Source of the DNA: Actinomycetes bacterium
Lineage (GTDB): Bacteria > Actinomycetota > Thermoleophilia > RBG-16-64-13
Reading direction: 5' to 3'
Length of the DNA: 64,000 bases
Assembly (NCBI GenBank): GCA_024637035.1
Contig: JAGXFW010000023.1
Location: forward strand, 217,139 to 281,138
In this document: positions 37,618 to 48,600 of the stretch, in pieces
Layout: each line of letters starts with the position of its first letter
Position numbering within the stretch: the first letter of the stretch is position 1
The notes under the pieces: generated by a model
What the model was told of the DNA's origin: nothing
The model's input: the letters and a program-made list of their open reading frames with translations, nothing else
The model's database searches: none
Position numbers and translations under genes: made by a program

Positions 37618-39960
37618 ATGGAAGACACACCACATAGCAGAGCACGGAACGAAAGCACAACGGAAGACGAAGAGCCTGGGTCGTCAACACGACGCCCGGT
37701 GCCGTCCTCATACGCCGGCCGCCCACGCTGCACCCGCCGCCTCACACTGCTCGCCCTGACCACACTGCTCGCCCTCACGGTGGCCGTCCCGGCTACAGCC
37801 GCCGCTCCGTCCGCACAGAGCACCTCGGCGCAACCGCCGACGCACGCGCAGTCGCAGGCGCAGATGGTCGAACCATCCGGACACACGAAGCGCGCGTTCC
37901 CTCACGAGATCATGAAGGCCGGGAACAAGCGCCTGGAACTGGCGAAGGTCCTGCTCGATACAGCCAAGTCCCAAGCGGCCAAGGACAAGACGAGCGGCGC
38001 GGACACGGCGGCGCTCGACCTCGTCGTCGACCTCCAGGAAGCGCCCGCCGACCTCGAGGCCGCCCTCCTCCTCGAAGCTCAAGCTCAGGGCGCCGCTGCC
38101 GACATCACGTCCGGCACGACCGTCTCCACGATCACCCCGCTCAGCGGTGCCGCCACCTTCCCGGTCACGGTGGACGGGGTGCTCGCCACCGCCGGCGACC
38201 TCACTCTCGACCTCGGGCTGCTCACTGCCGACGACCGCGCGTGGTTCATCGACATCCTCGGCCGGGCGTATCCGGTCATGGTCGACGTCTACGGCCCCCC
38301 GGCGGCACCGTTGACCGTCCGAGTATGGAAGAACGTCTATCTGCCATATCAGGGGCTCTATGCGCCCGAGGGCAACCTCCTCCTCGTGCGCAGCCTGGCA
38401 GCCGACGTGGCCATCCACGAACTCCTACACGCCTTCCGCGACGACGTGATGTCAGCCATCCCGGCCTACGAGGAAGGGATCGTGCGGGCCGCCGAGGTGA
38501 CGATCCTCGATCGCCTGGGCATCGCGAGTTGGGATTCAGGCTTCTCCTATGTGTACGATCGGGCGTACGACGCACACAACGTGGACAGTCTCCTCGGCTC
38601 CACCGGCACCTTCCTGGCGGGCTACGGCCCCATGTACCTTCTGCGCTACCAGACGGCGGGCATGGCCTGGGCTCAGGCCGAGATCGCCCGGCCGGGTCTT
38701 CTACGAGACTTCAATGCGGCCTATGTGGCGGCCGCGCTCGCCGACCCCGCGTGTCGCAGTGATGCCACCCGCCAAGCCTCCCTGCTCGCCGCGCTGTCCG
38801 GTCGAGTGGAAGGACGCAGCCTCGCGGAATGGGCGCCGCTCCAGCGACCGTTCGCGCCGACCGGCGGCGTCGGGGTCCAACTTCACGCCGACGTCACCGC
38901 CGACGCCCTCACGATCAGGCTGTACACCCGTGATGAGTACGGGCTGGAAACGGCGGCACCAGGCACCGTCGCCGTCGAGGTGCGCGACTCCTCGGCCGAC
39001 TTGAACGTACGCAGACTCTCGCTCAACACCAGTGCCCTCGGCATGGCGGCCGCAGAACTCGGCACGCCGACCCCTCGGCGTCTCGACGTGCTGCTCACGG
39101 CCGACACCTCAGGCGGCACCGCAGAGCGCGAACTCCAAGTGTACGGAGGCGTCGGACAAGGTCTCTTCGGCATCGTGCCCGGTTCCGCGCATCCGGCGAC
39201 GGGCATGGTCAGCGCGACCGTCACGACGGCCGACGGCCGCGAGTCCCTCTTCACCGCGCCCATCGGCGATCACGCCTTCCAGATCTCCGACCTGAGCGAC
39301 TTCCTCGGCGTGGTGTCGCTCACCGCCACGTTCGAGAGCGACACCACGACATGGGAGCAGGTCGTGGTCAAGGGTCGGGGAGACACCTACGTGGCGCTCG
39401 GTGACCTTCACCCGGCAGTCGCCGCGGCGCCGACGCAGCCGGTCGTCCCCGAGGCCCCTGTTGTCCCCGAGGCCCCTGTTGTCCCCGAGGCCCCTGTTGT
39501 CCCCGAGGCCCCTGTTGTGCCCGAGGCCCCTGTTGTGGAAGTCGCCGCAATAACCGAGGTCGCCCCTCCGGCGGACTCCACGGCGGCGACACTCACGCTC
39601 GGATTCGTCGCCGAACGCATCTCCATTCGGCACGGGTCGGCGACAGTGGTGAGCTACACGGCGAACGAACCGGTCACAGTCACAGCGATACTCAGGCACT
39701 CGGGATTCCCCTCGACTCCTACTAGAACTCAGGGAAACGCTGCAAACGTCGAGTCTCTTGCGCACCACGCGGCCCAGACTCCCATAGCTCTGACCGGCAT
39801 CGCCGGCAGGATCACGTGGGAAGGGCGCACCTCGACGGGAGAGACCGCCCTACCCGGCCTGTACACGGTGGAGATCCTCGCCGAAGACGCAGCCGGCAAT
39901 CGTTCTCCAGCCGTGATGGTGACAGTGATCCTCACGGCGTCCACCGATCGCCGGCGCTGA
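37618..39960 (+). CDS. secreted putative zinc metallopeptidase (HExxH) with PVVPEA tandem repeats
   Basis: Signal [30 protein letters not shown] motif, (PVVPEA)x5 linker; GGGGGA Shine-Dalgarno before the ATG at 37618. Confidence 0.5.
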   Translation: MEDTPHSRARNESTTEDEEPGSSTRRPVPSSYAGRPRCTRRLTLLALTTLLALTVAVPATAAAPSAQSTSAQPPTHAQSQAQMVEPSGHTKRAFPHEIMKAGNKRLELAKVLLDTAKSQAAKDKTSGADTAALDLVVDLQEAPADLEAALLLEAQAQGAAADITSGTTVSTITPLSGAATFPVTVDGVLATAGDLTLDLGLLTADDRAWFIDILGRAYPVMVDVYGPPAAPLTVRVWKNVYLPYQGLYAPEGNLLLVRSLAADVAIHELLHAFRDDVMSAIPAYEEGIVRAAEVTILDRLGIASWDSGFSYVYDRAYDAHNVDSLLGSTGTFLAGYGPMYLLRYQTAGMAWAQAEIARPGLLRDFNAAYVAAALADPACRSDATRQASLLAALSGRVEGRSLAEWAPLQRPFAPTGGVGVQLHADVTADALTIRLYTRDEYGLETAAPGTVAVEVRDSSADLNVRRLSLNTSALGMAAAELGTPTPRRLDVLLTADTSGGTAERELQVYGGVGQGLFGIVPGSAHPATGMVSATVTTADGRESLFTAPIGDHAFQISDLSDFLGVVSLTATFESDTTTWEQVVVKGRGDTYVALGDLHPAVAAAPTQPVVPEAPVVPEAPVVPEAPVVPEAPVVPEAPVVEVAAITEVAPPADSTAATLTLGFVAERISIRHGSATVVSYTANEPVTVTAILRHSGFPSTPTRTQGNAANVESLAHHAAQTPIALTGIAGRITWEGRTSTGETALPGLYTVEILAEDAAGNRSPAVMVTVILTASTDRRR
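39445..39534 (+). repeat. 18-bp tandem repeat (gtccccgaggcccctgtt) x5, coding (PVVPEA)n
   Basis: Four exact copies and one 1-mismatch copy, read directly from the sequence. Confidence 0.9.
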
Positions 39961-39996
39961 CCGGGCCGGCCGAGGAGCACTCCTCTTTGAGTCTCA

Positions 39997-40035
39997 GCTG
40001 CGCCTCCTCCCGAGCCACTCGGGGGGAGGCGCAGC
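39997..40035 (+). terminator. strong GC hairpin downstream of the metallopeptidase gene (probable U-tract-less terminator), preceded by a small GAGGA-GCAC-TCCTC-TTT hairpin at 39972..39988
   Basis: GCTGCGCCTCCTCCCGAG-CCAC-TCGGGGGGAGGCGCAGC, ~17 bp stem. Confidence 0.4.
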
Positions 40036-40126
40036 GTCGAGGCCTGAGCGAGCCCAGGTGGGCCGCACCAAGGCCAAGGTGCTAAAGTTCAACCCCGGAA
40101 CCCCCAGTGCCGACAGTAGGGATGGC

Positions 40127-41590
40127 ATGAAGAAGATCCTCCTCATCACCCCGGCCTACCACAGCGGCGTGCTCGAGAGCGCGGGCCGCTGGCCCAACCT
40201 CGGCTTCGTCTACATCGCCGGACACCTGCGCGACGCCGGCTTCGAGCCCGTGATCTACGACGCGATGTCGGCGAACCACGACCTCGCGCAGATCTCAGAA
40301 CGCATCCGCACGGAAGCGCCGGACGCCGTGCTCACCACCGCCTTCACCGCCAGCGTGCCCGCCGCCGTCGATCTGCTCCGCGCCGCCAAGAAGGTGGCAG
40401 CCGAGCAGAGCCGCGAGATCGTCACCGGGTTGGGGGGCGTGCACGCCACCTTCATGTACGCCGAGCTGCTTGAAACGGACCCCGACGCGGTCGACTACTG
40501 CTTCCGCGGCGAGGGTGAGTTGACCACGCCCGAGTTGTTCGCCGCACTTCGCGACGGCGACGACCCCGCTACCGTGCCGGGCGTGGCCTTCCTGCGCGAC
40601 GGCGAAATGGTGGTCTCGCCTGTCCGCCCGTTCATCCCCGACCTCGACGACCTCATCCCCGCCTGGGACCTGGTCGAGTGGGATCTCTACACCTTCTACG
40701 TGCTCCCCGGCAGCCGCATGGCCACCATCAACACGTCGCGCGGCTGCGGCCAAGCCTGCTCCTTCTGCAGCCAGCAGAAGTTCTGGCAGCGCACGTGGCG
40801 CGGGCGCTCACCCGAGGCCATCGCGAACGAGATCTTCCACCTGGAACGCGAGTACGGCATCGACGTGTTCCTCATCTCCGACGAACTCCCCACCTACGAG
40901 CGCGAGCGGTGGGAACGGCTCCTCGACCTGCTGATCGAGGCCGGCTCCACCTCGTACCTGCTCATGGAGACCCGCGTTGACGACATCGTGCGCGACGAGG
41001 ACATCCTGGCCAAGTACCGCAAGGCCGGCATCATCCACATCTACGTGGGTGTGGAAGCCACCAGTCAAGAGACCCTCGACCGCTTCCAGAAGAACGCCGA
41101 CGTGCAGACCGGCAAACGGGCCATCGAACTCCTGGCCCAGCACAACATCCTCACCGAGACCTCGTTCGTACTCGGCGTACCCGAGGAGACCCCGGAGACC
41201 GTCGCCCGCACGCTGGAGATGGCCAAGTTCTACGACCCCGACATGGCCCACTTCCTGCTGCTCGCCCCCTGGCCCTACGCCGACATGTACCCCGAACTCG
41301 AGCCCTACGTGGAGACGCGCGACTACGCGCTCTACAACCTGGTGGAACCGGTGATGCGCACCGAGGCCATGACCCGGGACGAGCTGATGGCGGCCGTCAT
41401 CAAATGCTACATGGACTTCTACATGAGCCGCCTCCCGCTCTGGGCGGCCGAGAGGGACAAGTTCAAGCGCGCCTACATGCTGCGCTCGGCCAAGCTCATC
41501 ATGCAGAACTCGTTCATCACCAAGCACATTCCGGGCGGCTTGAAGATGCCGGCGGCAGTGCGCAAGGCGATCGAGCGGCTGGCGGGATAG
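40127..41590 (+). CDS. B12-binding-domain radical SAM protein (class B)
   Basis: N-terminal B12-binding Rossmann (KKILLITPAY...), radical SAM RGCGQACSFCS; start at MKKILL with AGGGA Shine-Dalgarno. Confidence 0.75.
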   Translation: MKKILLITPAYHSGVLESAGRWPNLGFVYIAGHLRDAGFEPVIYDAMSANHDLAQISERIRTEAPDAVLTTAFTASVPAAVDLLRAAKKVAAEQSREIVTGLGGVHATFMYAELLETDPDAVDYCFRGEGELTTPELFAALRDGDDPATVPGVAFLRDGEMVVSPVRPFIPDLDDLIPAWDLVEWDLYTFYVLPGSRMATINTSRGCGQACSFCSQQKFWQRTWRGRSPEAIANEIFHLEREYGIDVFLISDELPTYERERWERLLDLLIEAGSTSYLLMETRVDDIVRDEDILAKYRKAGIIHIYVGVEATSQETLDRFQKNADVQTGKRAIELLAQHNILTETSFVLGVPEETPETVARTLEMAKFYDPDMAHFLLLAPWPYADMYPELEPYVETRDYALYNLVEPVMRTEAMTRDELMAAVIKCYMDFYMSRLPLWAAERDKFKRAYMLRSAKLIMQNSFITKHIPGGLKMPAAVRKAIERLAG

Positions 41591-41686
41591 GGACCGCCCG
41601 GCCGCGGGCGCGCCACGGGCCCAGCGTCGGAAGGCAGCTTCAGACCTGAGGGTCCTACCCGGGCACCGAAGACGGAGCCATCGAGA

Positions 41687-42772
41687 TCACGAAGCCTCCG
41701 CGCGCTCCAGCTGACGAGCGTCAACGAACCACGAGACCGCCCAGCCGACCGCCCCTGCGACCACCACCCCGAGGGCGCCGAGTACCCAGGAGAGGTACGA
41801 GCCCTTCCACATGACGACCTCCACCACCGGGGCGAATCCCTCTAGCAGCACGGGGAACTCGCCCATCACTACGCTGTCTCCCGGCGCCAGGGCCATGGAG
41901 CCCACAACGCTGTTCTCTTGCGCAAGCGTGACGATTGCGGCTGGCGCGGCGGCGGGCCCACCGAGCGCCTGCGCGATGATGGACACATCCCGACGGAAGT
42001 CAGGGATGACCCGCTCCATAGCGACTGTGAGCACCGAGTCCGTGAAGAGCTGCGCGGCGATCCACCCTTGCCCGCTCTGTAGGAACGGACTCGTCTGGGT
42101 GCGGCCCTGCCAGGAGACCTTCACGCGAGCCGCCCAGGCGGGGGGTGGCTCACGCAGGCGCAATCGCACCCCGCCCGTTTCGACCGTCTCACCCTTCTCC
42201 AAGGACACGTCCACCGAATCCGCCGCCAACCTGGCGTCAGCCGGCCGATCCTGATCGCCGAAGGGGCCGACGAGTTCCCCGCCCGCGAGCCGGGGCACGA
42301 ACTCGAGAGTCGCCAGCGAACCGTCCTCCGGTGTCCACCCCGTCACCGACGCCCGGAACGTCACGTCCAACCCCGGCACCTGCACCGTCTCCCCTGGCGC
42401 GACGGTTACGGTCACCTCGCGGAAGAGGAACAGGTGGAGCAGGGCGAAGACGAGGATTCCGAGCACACCGAGCCAGACGACAGCCTCGAAGAACCAACCT
42501 ACTCCCACGGTGTTGTCGGCGAGGAGTCGATCGGTCGCAATGAGGGTGATGCTCACCCCAAGACCAAGCGTCGCCGCGAGGAAGACGGCCGAGTGCAGCA
42601 TGTCCGAGGGTCCGAACACCCCCGGAAGCAGCGAGCGGAGCTCCGCGGTCGAAGCAGTAGAGCCCAATCCGACTTGAGGCACGAGCACGGCCACGACCGC
42701 CGAGCCCACCATGACCACGGCGAGGGCCAGAGGGATCGGCCACCAGGTGAGAAGACGCCAGATCCGATCCAC
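41687..42772 (-). CDS. ResB/CcsB-like cytochrome c biogenesis protein (short paralog, ~361 aa)
   Basis: ResB-like topology (2-3 N-terminal TM helices, periplasmic domain, C-terminal TM); GTG start at 42772 after trimming the 90-nt overlap with ccsA. Confidence 0.5.
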   Translation of the reverse strand: MDRIWRLLTWWPIPLALAVVMVGSAVVAVLVPQVGLGSTASTAELRSLLPGVFGPSDMLHSAVFLAATLGLGVSITLIATDRLLADNTVGVGWFFEAVVWLGVLGILVFALLHLFLFREVTVTVAPGETVQVPGLDVTFRASVTGWTPEDGSLATLEFVPRLAGGELVGPFGDQDRPADARLAADSVDVSLEKGETVETGGVRLRLREPPPAWAARVKVSWQGRTQTSPFLQSGQGWIAAQLFTDSVLTVAMERVIPDFRRDVSIIAQALGGPAAAPAAIVTLAQENSVVGSMALAPGDSVVMGEFPVLLEGFAPVVEVVMWKGSYLSWVLGALGVVVAGAVGWAVSWFVDARQLERAEAS

Positions 42773-42780
42773 GCCGCGCC

Positions 42781-43596
42781 TCAGAACCGGTAGTGGGTGA
42801 AGAAGAGATAGGTGCCGATGACGCAGGCGAAGCCGATCACCGAGAGCCACGCGGCCCGCACGCTCTCCCACCCCCGGGTGTACTGGGCGTGCAGGTACGC
42901 GCTATAGATGAGCCACGTCACGAGCGCCCAGGTCTCGATGGGATCCCAGGCCCAGTACACGCCACCGATGTACTTGGCCCACAGGGCGCCGGTGAAGAGC
43001 ACCATGGTCATGAATGGGAAGCCGAACACGGCGGCCCTGTATCCGACCCGGTTCACGGCTTCAGGGTCGTATCGTCCGCCCCAGCCGAAGTAGTGGCGAG
43101 CCAGGATCACAGCGCCCGCTCCGAAGGTGACGGTGAACGCGGCGTAGGCGACGATGGAAGTGAGGATATGGAGAAGCAGCCATCCGCTCCGCATGGAGAC
43201 GAGGCTGACCTCTCCGCTGTTCTCTGGGATCAACAGCAAATAGCCAAGCATCAGGAAGCTCACGGGCAGGGCAAGGATGGCGATCCACCATGGGCCGCGA
43301 CGCACGAGGAAATAGGCGACCACCAGGCAGATCGCCCAGGAGAACGCCAGCATGAATTCGAGTTGGTTGTAGACGGCGATCGTGCCCCGTGCCAGGCTGA
43401 GACCAAGGATAAGAGCTGCCTGACCGCCTACTGAGAGTGCCAGGAGACCCCAGAACACAGTGCGCACTCGTCCACGGCGCGCGCCGCCAGGTGCCGGCGT
43501 CTCGAACACCTCGCCCGCTATCGCCGCTATCCACGCCAGCACCGTGCCCGCCAAACCCACGGCGAATGCTGCCAGTTCCCACGGCCTGTCTATCAT
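42781..43596 (-). CDS. ccsA: System II cytochrome c biogenesis protein CcsA/ResC, copy 2
   Basis: WWD motif WAKYIGGVYWAWDPIETWAL; paralog of 17889..18710. Confidence 0.8.
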   Translation of the reverse strand: MIDRPWELAAFAVGLAGTVLAWIAAIAGEVFETPAPGGARRGRVRTVFWGLLALSVGGQAALILGLSLARGTIAVYNQLEFMLAFSWAICLVVAYFLVRRGPWWIAILALPVSFLMLGYLLLIPENSGEVSLVSMRSGWLLLHILTSIVAYAAFTVTFGAGAVILARHYFGWGGRYDPEAVNRVGYRAAVFGFPFMTMVLFTGALWAKYIGGVYWAWDPIETWALVTWLIYSAYLHAQYTRGWESVRAAWLSVIGFACVIGTYLFFTHYRF

Positions 43597-45035
43597 GCTC
43601 CGCCTCTCCCCACGTCGCCCGTCGCCACTTCCGGGTCTTCGGTCGCACCGACCTCGCCACCCAAGAGGGCCAGTTCCTGGGCGAGAGGCTGGTTGCGGCG
43701 CCGAGCGAACCCGATCACCTCGACCCCTCCTTCGACGGGAATGATGCGCAGCTGTCGGAACGAGAACCCCAGAGAAAGCAGCACCCCAATGAGGTTGGCC
43801 ACGAAGCCGCCCACCACCAGCATCCCCCCATCCCGAGAGGAGACAACGGCAACGGGCATGTAGGCCGCCTCGAGGAAGTCGATCGTGTAGCCCTCGGCAG
43901 TGAGTGAGTCTCCAAGCCGCATGTCCGCGGTGGCCACTTGCGCGTCGTCTCCATCGGCGGACTGGCGCACAACGGCGACAGCCGCGAGAGGATCCCGGTT
44001 CTCGGGAGTACGTCTCACCCAGCCCCCGGCGGCCGGCTCCGCATCGCGTGCGAAATCGAGCACGCGCAGCTGCAGGCCGTCGCTGCCCGGGAAGGCGACG
44101 CTCGGAGCATCGAACGACAGTCGTTCGACCGCGGAGGCGCCCTGGGGGGTGGCTATCCGGAACACGAGCTGAGCGCCCGGAGCTGAGGGCTGCAACACCA
44201 CGTCACCGCGGTCGAAGCGCAGACTGGTTCCCAATTCCACCGCGCCTTCCTGCAATCGCTTCCCACCCTCGTACACCGCGATCGTGGCGCGTATGCCGGC
44301 CAACTCGTAGTCGGTCTCATCACCCTCATCCCGCACCTTGCGATAGTCGGGCTCCAACTCGATCAGCTCGAACAGACGGTTCGAGTTTTGTTCGAGCACC
44401 CGCTCGCCTTGAGGAAGGTAGAGGGCTTGACTGAAACCCAGAGAGAGGTTGAGCGTCATGCCGGCGAGCACTATCAGCAGGCTGACGTGCAGCAAGATGA
44501 ACCCAAGAGGCTGCAGACGCCCCCGCGCCAAGGTGATAGCCGGACCGACCGGATCCGAATCGGCACCCGGCGTGCCCTCACCCTCGTCCGGCGCATACAC
44601 CCGGCCAGACCCCACGTGACGGTAGCCTTGAGCCTGCGCCCGACGCGCGACATCCTCCAGCCGGCCGGGTACGAAGATCCGCTCCCTTCCACCTTCCGGC
44701 TCGAACGCTTCCGGGTGGACGCACTGCACCCAAGCAGTACGGAACCGGCCGATAGTGCACAGCAGGATCTGCGCGGCGAAGACCACAAGGAGCGCACGGA
44801 ACCACCAAGAATGGAAAGCATCGTCGATACCAAGCCCGCGGATCAGGGCCGCGCCTACCCGGCCGTACTCCTGATCGTAGAAAGCCGGGTCACGGCCCTG
44901 GTCGACAAAGGCCCCCACGAACGTCGAAGCGAATCCGAGGAGGAGCACTACGGTCGTGACCCGCAGGCTGATGAAAAGCGACATCAGGCGGGCGCCCCAG
45001 CGGCGGGCGCTCCTGCCTTCGGGAGGCGCGCTCAC
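43593..45035 (-). CDS. resB: System II cytochrome c biogenesis protein ResB/CcsB, copy 2
   Basis: MSLFISLRVTTVVLLLGFASTFVGAFV classic ResB N-terminus, 480 aa. Confidence 0.75.
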   Translation of the reverse strand: MSAPPEGRSARRWGARLMSLFISLRVTTVVLLLGFASTFVGAFVDQGRDPAFYDQEYGRVGAALIRGLGIDDAFHSWWFRALLVVFAAQILLCTIGRFRTAWVQCVHPEAFEPEGGRERIFVPGRLEDVARRAQAQGYRHVGSGRVYAPDEGEGTPGADSDPVGPAITLARGRLQPLGFILLHVSLLIVLAGMTLNLSLGFSQALYLPQGERVLEQNSNRLFELIELEPDYRKVRDEGDETDYELAGIRATIAVYEGGKRLQEGAVELGTSLRFDRGDVVLQPSAPGAQLVFRIATPQGASAVERLSFDAPSVAFPGSDGLQLRVLDFARDAEPAAGGWVRRTPENRDPLAAVAVVRQSADGDDAQVATADMRLGDSLTAEGYTIDFLEAAYMPVAVVSSRDGGMLVVGGFVANLIGVLLSLGFSFRQLRIIPVEGGVEVIGFARRRNQPLAQELALLGGEVGATEDPEVATGDVGRGGA

Positions 45036-45583
45036 TCGGAGCCTCCGTTGTTGGTGTCGCCCGGAGAGCCGTCGACGTCGCCCCCGTGGAACGGGCCGGG
45101 GCCCTGGGTATCGGGTTGCGGACCTTCGCCCGACAAGGCCGCCCGAACCTGCTTGACCATGCCTTCATACTGAAGGTTCCCCGGATCCGCGCGGGCGGCG
45201 GCCTCGAAATACGGAAGGGCCGTCTCGACGGACCCCAACCGAAATTGGACCACGCCCATCGTGTAGTTCGCCAGCGGCGACTGGGGGTTACCCCGCACTG
45301 CATCGTCGAGTAATCGTTCGGCTTCGGGCAACTCGCCGGCGAACAGACGCTCCTGTGCCAGATCCAGACTGGCCAGCCAGTTCCCGGGGTCGATAGTCAA
45401 CGCCTCCGAGAGGAGGTCTTCCCTCTGAGATTCGGGAAGGGAGCGCGCTTCCCGAGCCAGGTCGTAGGCCACCGTACGGCGAACGTCCGACCAGTAGCTC
45501 CGGAACAGCCCGGTACCCAGCAGCACCGCCCCCACAAGGGCGACGACGAGGATACTCAGACGAAGAAGGGAGAGGGAGCGCAT
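45032..45583 (-). CDS. membrane-anchored TPR-repeat protein (cluster 2)
   Basis: N-terminal TM (LSILVVALVGAVLLGTGLF) plus TPR-like repeats. Confidence 0.55.
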   Translation of the reverse strand: MRSLSLLRLSILVVALVGAVLLGTGLFRSYWSDVRRTVAYDLAREARSLPESQREDLLSEALTIDPGNWLASLDLAQERLFAGELPEAERLLDDAVRGNPQSPLANYTMGVVQFRLGSVETALPYFEAAARADPGNLQYEGMVKQVRAALSGEGPQPDTQGPGPFHGGDVDGSPGDTNNGGSE

Positions 45584-45628
45584 GGCGCCGCGATTCTACC
45601 AGAGCGCCACAGTCGGCACGCCGGCAGC

Positions 45629-48600
45629 CTACCAGGTCCGCCGTTGGCCGCCGCCGGTGACGTTGTTATCGTGCATCCCATCGTTGCCGCCGCTCGCTCG
45701 AGACCATCCATGCTCGCTATCGCAGTTCGTGCTGGTCGACGGGTTGCTGATGTTGTTCGCGGCACCGATACTGGCGTTGTGGCTTGTCCACTTGCCATTC
45801 GCTGAGTGGCACGAGCCGCAGAACTGGCCGAAGAAGTCCGCCGTGAGCGCGCCCGCGGCGTTGACCTCCCAAGAGGTCAGGTGGATAGCGGCTCCGGACC
45901 CGGCGGCTCCGGTGCCGAGCAGATACGCGTTCGAGTCGTTCATCACGACGCCATCGACCACGATGTACTCACGCAGGAAGTACACGTTCTGCGATCCGTG
46001 CGGGTCGTGACAGGCGGTGCACTGCATGGCGGCGTAGGCGTAGGCGGGGTTGGAGTCAGAGTACGTAGTGCTCTGGAAGGGGTAGCGTGGACGCCAGTCG
46101 CGGTCGGAGCTGATGCTGCTGCCGTCGCCACTCCCGTGACGCACCGGGGTGGCGGTGCCATCGCCCAACCACTTGGCTGCAATATCCATCGGGACGGCAC
46201 TGCCCATGTTGACCGTCGGAGAAGTGCCGGCGGGCACGGTGTTGTCATGGCAGGCCAGGCAGAATTTGATGGAGTCCGCCGTAGCTTCCGCCGCGCCGCT
46301 GGCCGGGTTGTACGGTGCGGCCGTCCCATGGATGCCGGCAGGGTGATCCGGGTTCAGGTCGGCGTTCGCCCCGGACGGGACGTTCGCGTAGTTGCGAGCC
46401 GCGCCACCCACCACGAGCGTGTTCAGCGTGGAGTAGGCCCTCAGCGCCGTCGGGTACCCCGCCGTCCCTGGCTGCACGTCGGCGTCGAGAACCTTCCAGT
46501 AGTTGCTGGATGGGGTGGCTCCGGCGTTCAGGTGCGGGTTGTGGCAGTTCAAACACTCGATGGCGCCGGTTGTCGTGTTGGCAGTCGCGCCTCCGGTCCC
46601 GCGCTTGGTGACCGAGTACGTCACCCCCTGCTCGCTGTCGAGCACAGGGTGGTGACTCAACGGGACCGCCGCGCCAGCGGAAGCCTTGTTGTAGGCGAGC
46701 GTGCCTGCCGGAGTGGCTGTCGCCGTGAACTTCCGCTGAATGCTGTAGCTCGTCGTGCCCGGCCCGACGAGCCTCCCCGGGCCCGCTGCGGCATGACACT
46801 GGTAGCAGAGGTCCTCCTCGAAGGCCAACGTGTAGTTGGCGTACTGCGTGCCGTGCGGGTTGTGGCACTGCTTGCAGACGCCCACGTAGATGTTCTGAGC
46901 GACGGCAGGCACCGGGGGCGAGTAGGTCAGGCTGCGCGTCTTCGTGCTGGCCCCGTGGCCGGAACTCGTGTACGACGCACCGGGCAGGTTCGGAGCGATG
47001 GGCCCGCCGATGGGTAGGCCGTGGCAGCTATTGCACACTGCGTTGTACTGGGTGTTGTAGTTAGCGGCCGAGGTGCCGTTGAAGGTGCGCACGAATCCCT
47101 TGATGTTCTCCGAGATCAGCTTGTCGTTGGTTGTGCCGTGCTCCGAGTGGCAGCCCTTGCAGGCGATGCTCTCCACCGAGGGCACCCGCAGGTCGTTCAT
47201 CAGGATGCCGGCGCCGCTCAGCTTGTTGTGGCCGCTGCCGGACGCCGGGTAGTTCGTCTTGTGGTCGGTGCCCGTCGAGGCGTTCCACGATGCGCTGCTG
47301 ATGTAGCCGGCCGACGTGGCCGCGGTGGTGTTGTGGCAGGTCCAGCAGAAGTCGTTGCCGGTGACGTTGACGTAGGCTCCCGAGTACGACGGGTCGAGCT
47401 TCTTCACCGCCAGGAAGCGCTGCCCGGTGCCGGTCCGCGCGTGCGCGTTGTGGCAGTTGGAGCACCGCATGACGGCGCCCGTGTTCGTTGTCGCGCCGCT
47501 CACCCACGTGTGGGTGAGAGAGGCCGGCACCGGATGGTACGACCCGGACGAACCCACGATCTTCGTGGACGTGCCGATGACGGCCTCACCGAAGTCCCAG
47601 GAGAAGGGCGAGACGTTGTCGGTGGTCTTCACGTTGTACGACGACCCCGTGCCGTCGTGGCAGGCGTAGCACACCTGCTTCTCGGTAGCCGCGGGGAAGA
47701 GCTTGCCGCCGAGGTTAGAGGCTTGGACGGCGGCACCGTGCACCGAGTGGCAGTTGCGGCACAGGTTCTTGGCGGTCGTGTAGCCCCCGTGCGCCGTGAT
47801 GCCGGTGGCGGCCGTGGTGAAGGTCGTGGTGGACGCCGAGCCGAGCGGATTGCCGGCCAAGTCGGTCACGGCCCCCGAGATCCACACGGTGTACACGGTG
47901 CTGATGTCCATCATGGCGTCGGGATAGACATAGACCCGGGTGCGATCCGAACTCAGCACCACGGTCTCCGCCGAGATGGGCGTCGCCCCGATGCGTATCT
48001 GCACCTTGTCGTTCGTGAGCGTGCTCGGATCCATCTCCTCGCCGAAGACGATCGTGACGAACCCGTTGACAGGGACGCCGGTGGCGAGGTTCGCGGGCGT
48101 GACCGTCGAGACCGTGGGCGCTGTGGCGTCCAGGGAGGCGGCGGCGAACTCGGTGAAGTGACTCACCGTTCCGGTGACCGTGTCGGCCGCCTGGTTCACG
48201 GTCGAGCCGCCCTCCACCTGCACCCACGCCGTTCCGTTGAAGTAGAGGAGCTTGATGGTCGATTCGTCCACAGCCCCGGGCACGTACTTCAGGGTGATCT
48301 GCACCGGGCTTGTGAACAGCTGAGCGGCCGGAGTGGAATTGTAACTCGGGGTCACGAAGACCTTCGGCGGCGAACTCGGGGTGGTGGTGAGTTCGGTGAT
48401 GCCGATGGCCGTGGCCCCGGGGAGCGCACCGGCCGGAACGACGAGGCGCGCTTTGCCGTTGGTGGCGAGGAGCGTTCCGCCGCCCGCGCCCACACTCCCG
48501 TTCACGAGCACCATCGAAGTGTTCGCAACCGCGGACTTCACCGACTCGTTGCTGCTGGCGTCGACCGCCGTCACCTTGTAGTAGTAGACGACTCCCTCGG

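Noticed and set aside
39445-39534. Possible CRISPR-like array from exact 18-bp direct repeats
   Set aside because: Repeats are contiguous with no spacers, lie in frame inside a CDS and encode (PVVPEA)n. This is a coding tandem repeat.
39961-40126. Cobalamin riboswitch upstream of the B12-radical SAM gene
   Set aside because: Only a GCCACTC loop resembles the B12 box. The region is too short (166 nt) and lacks the GGTGAAA / GGGAAG conserved elements. Interpreted as a terminator hairpin of the upstream gene.
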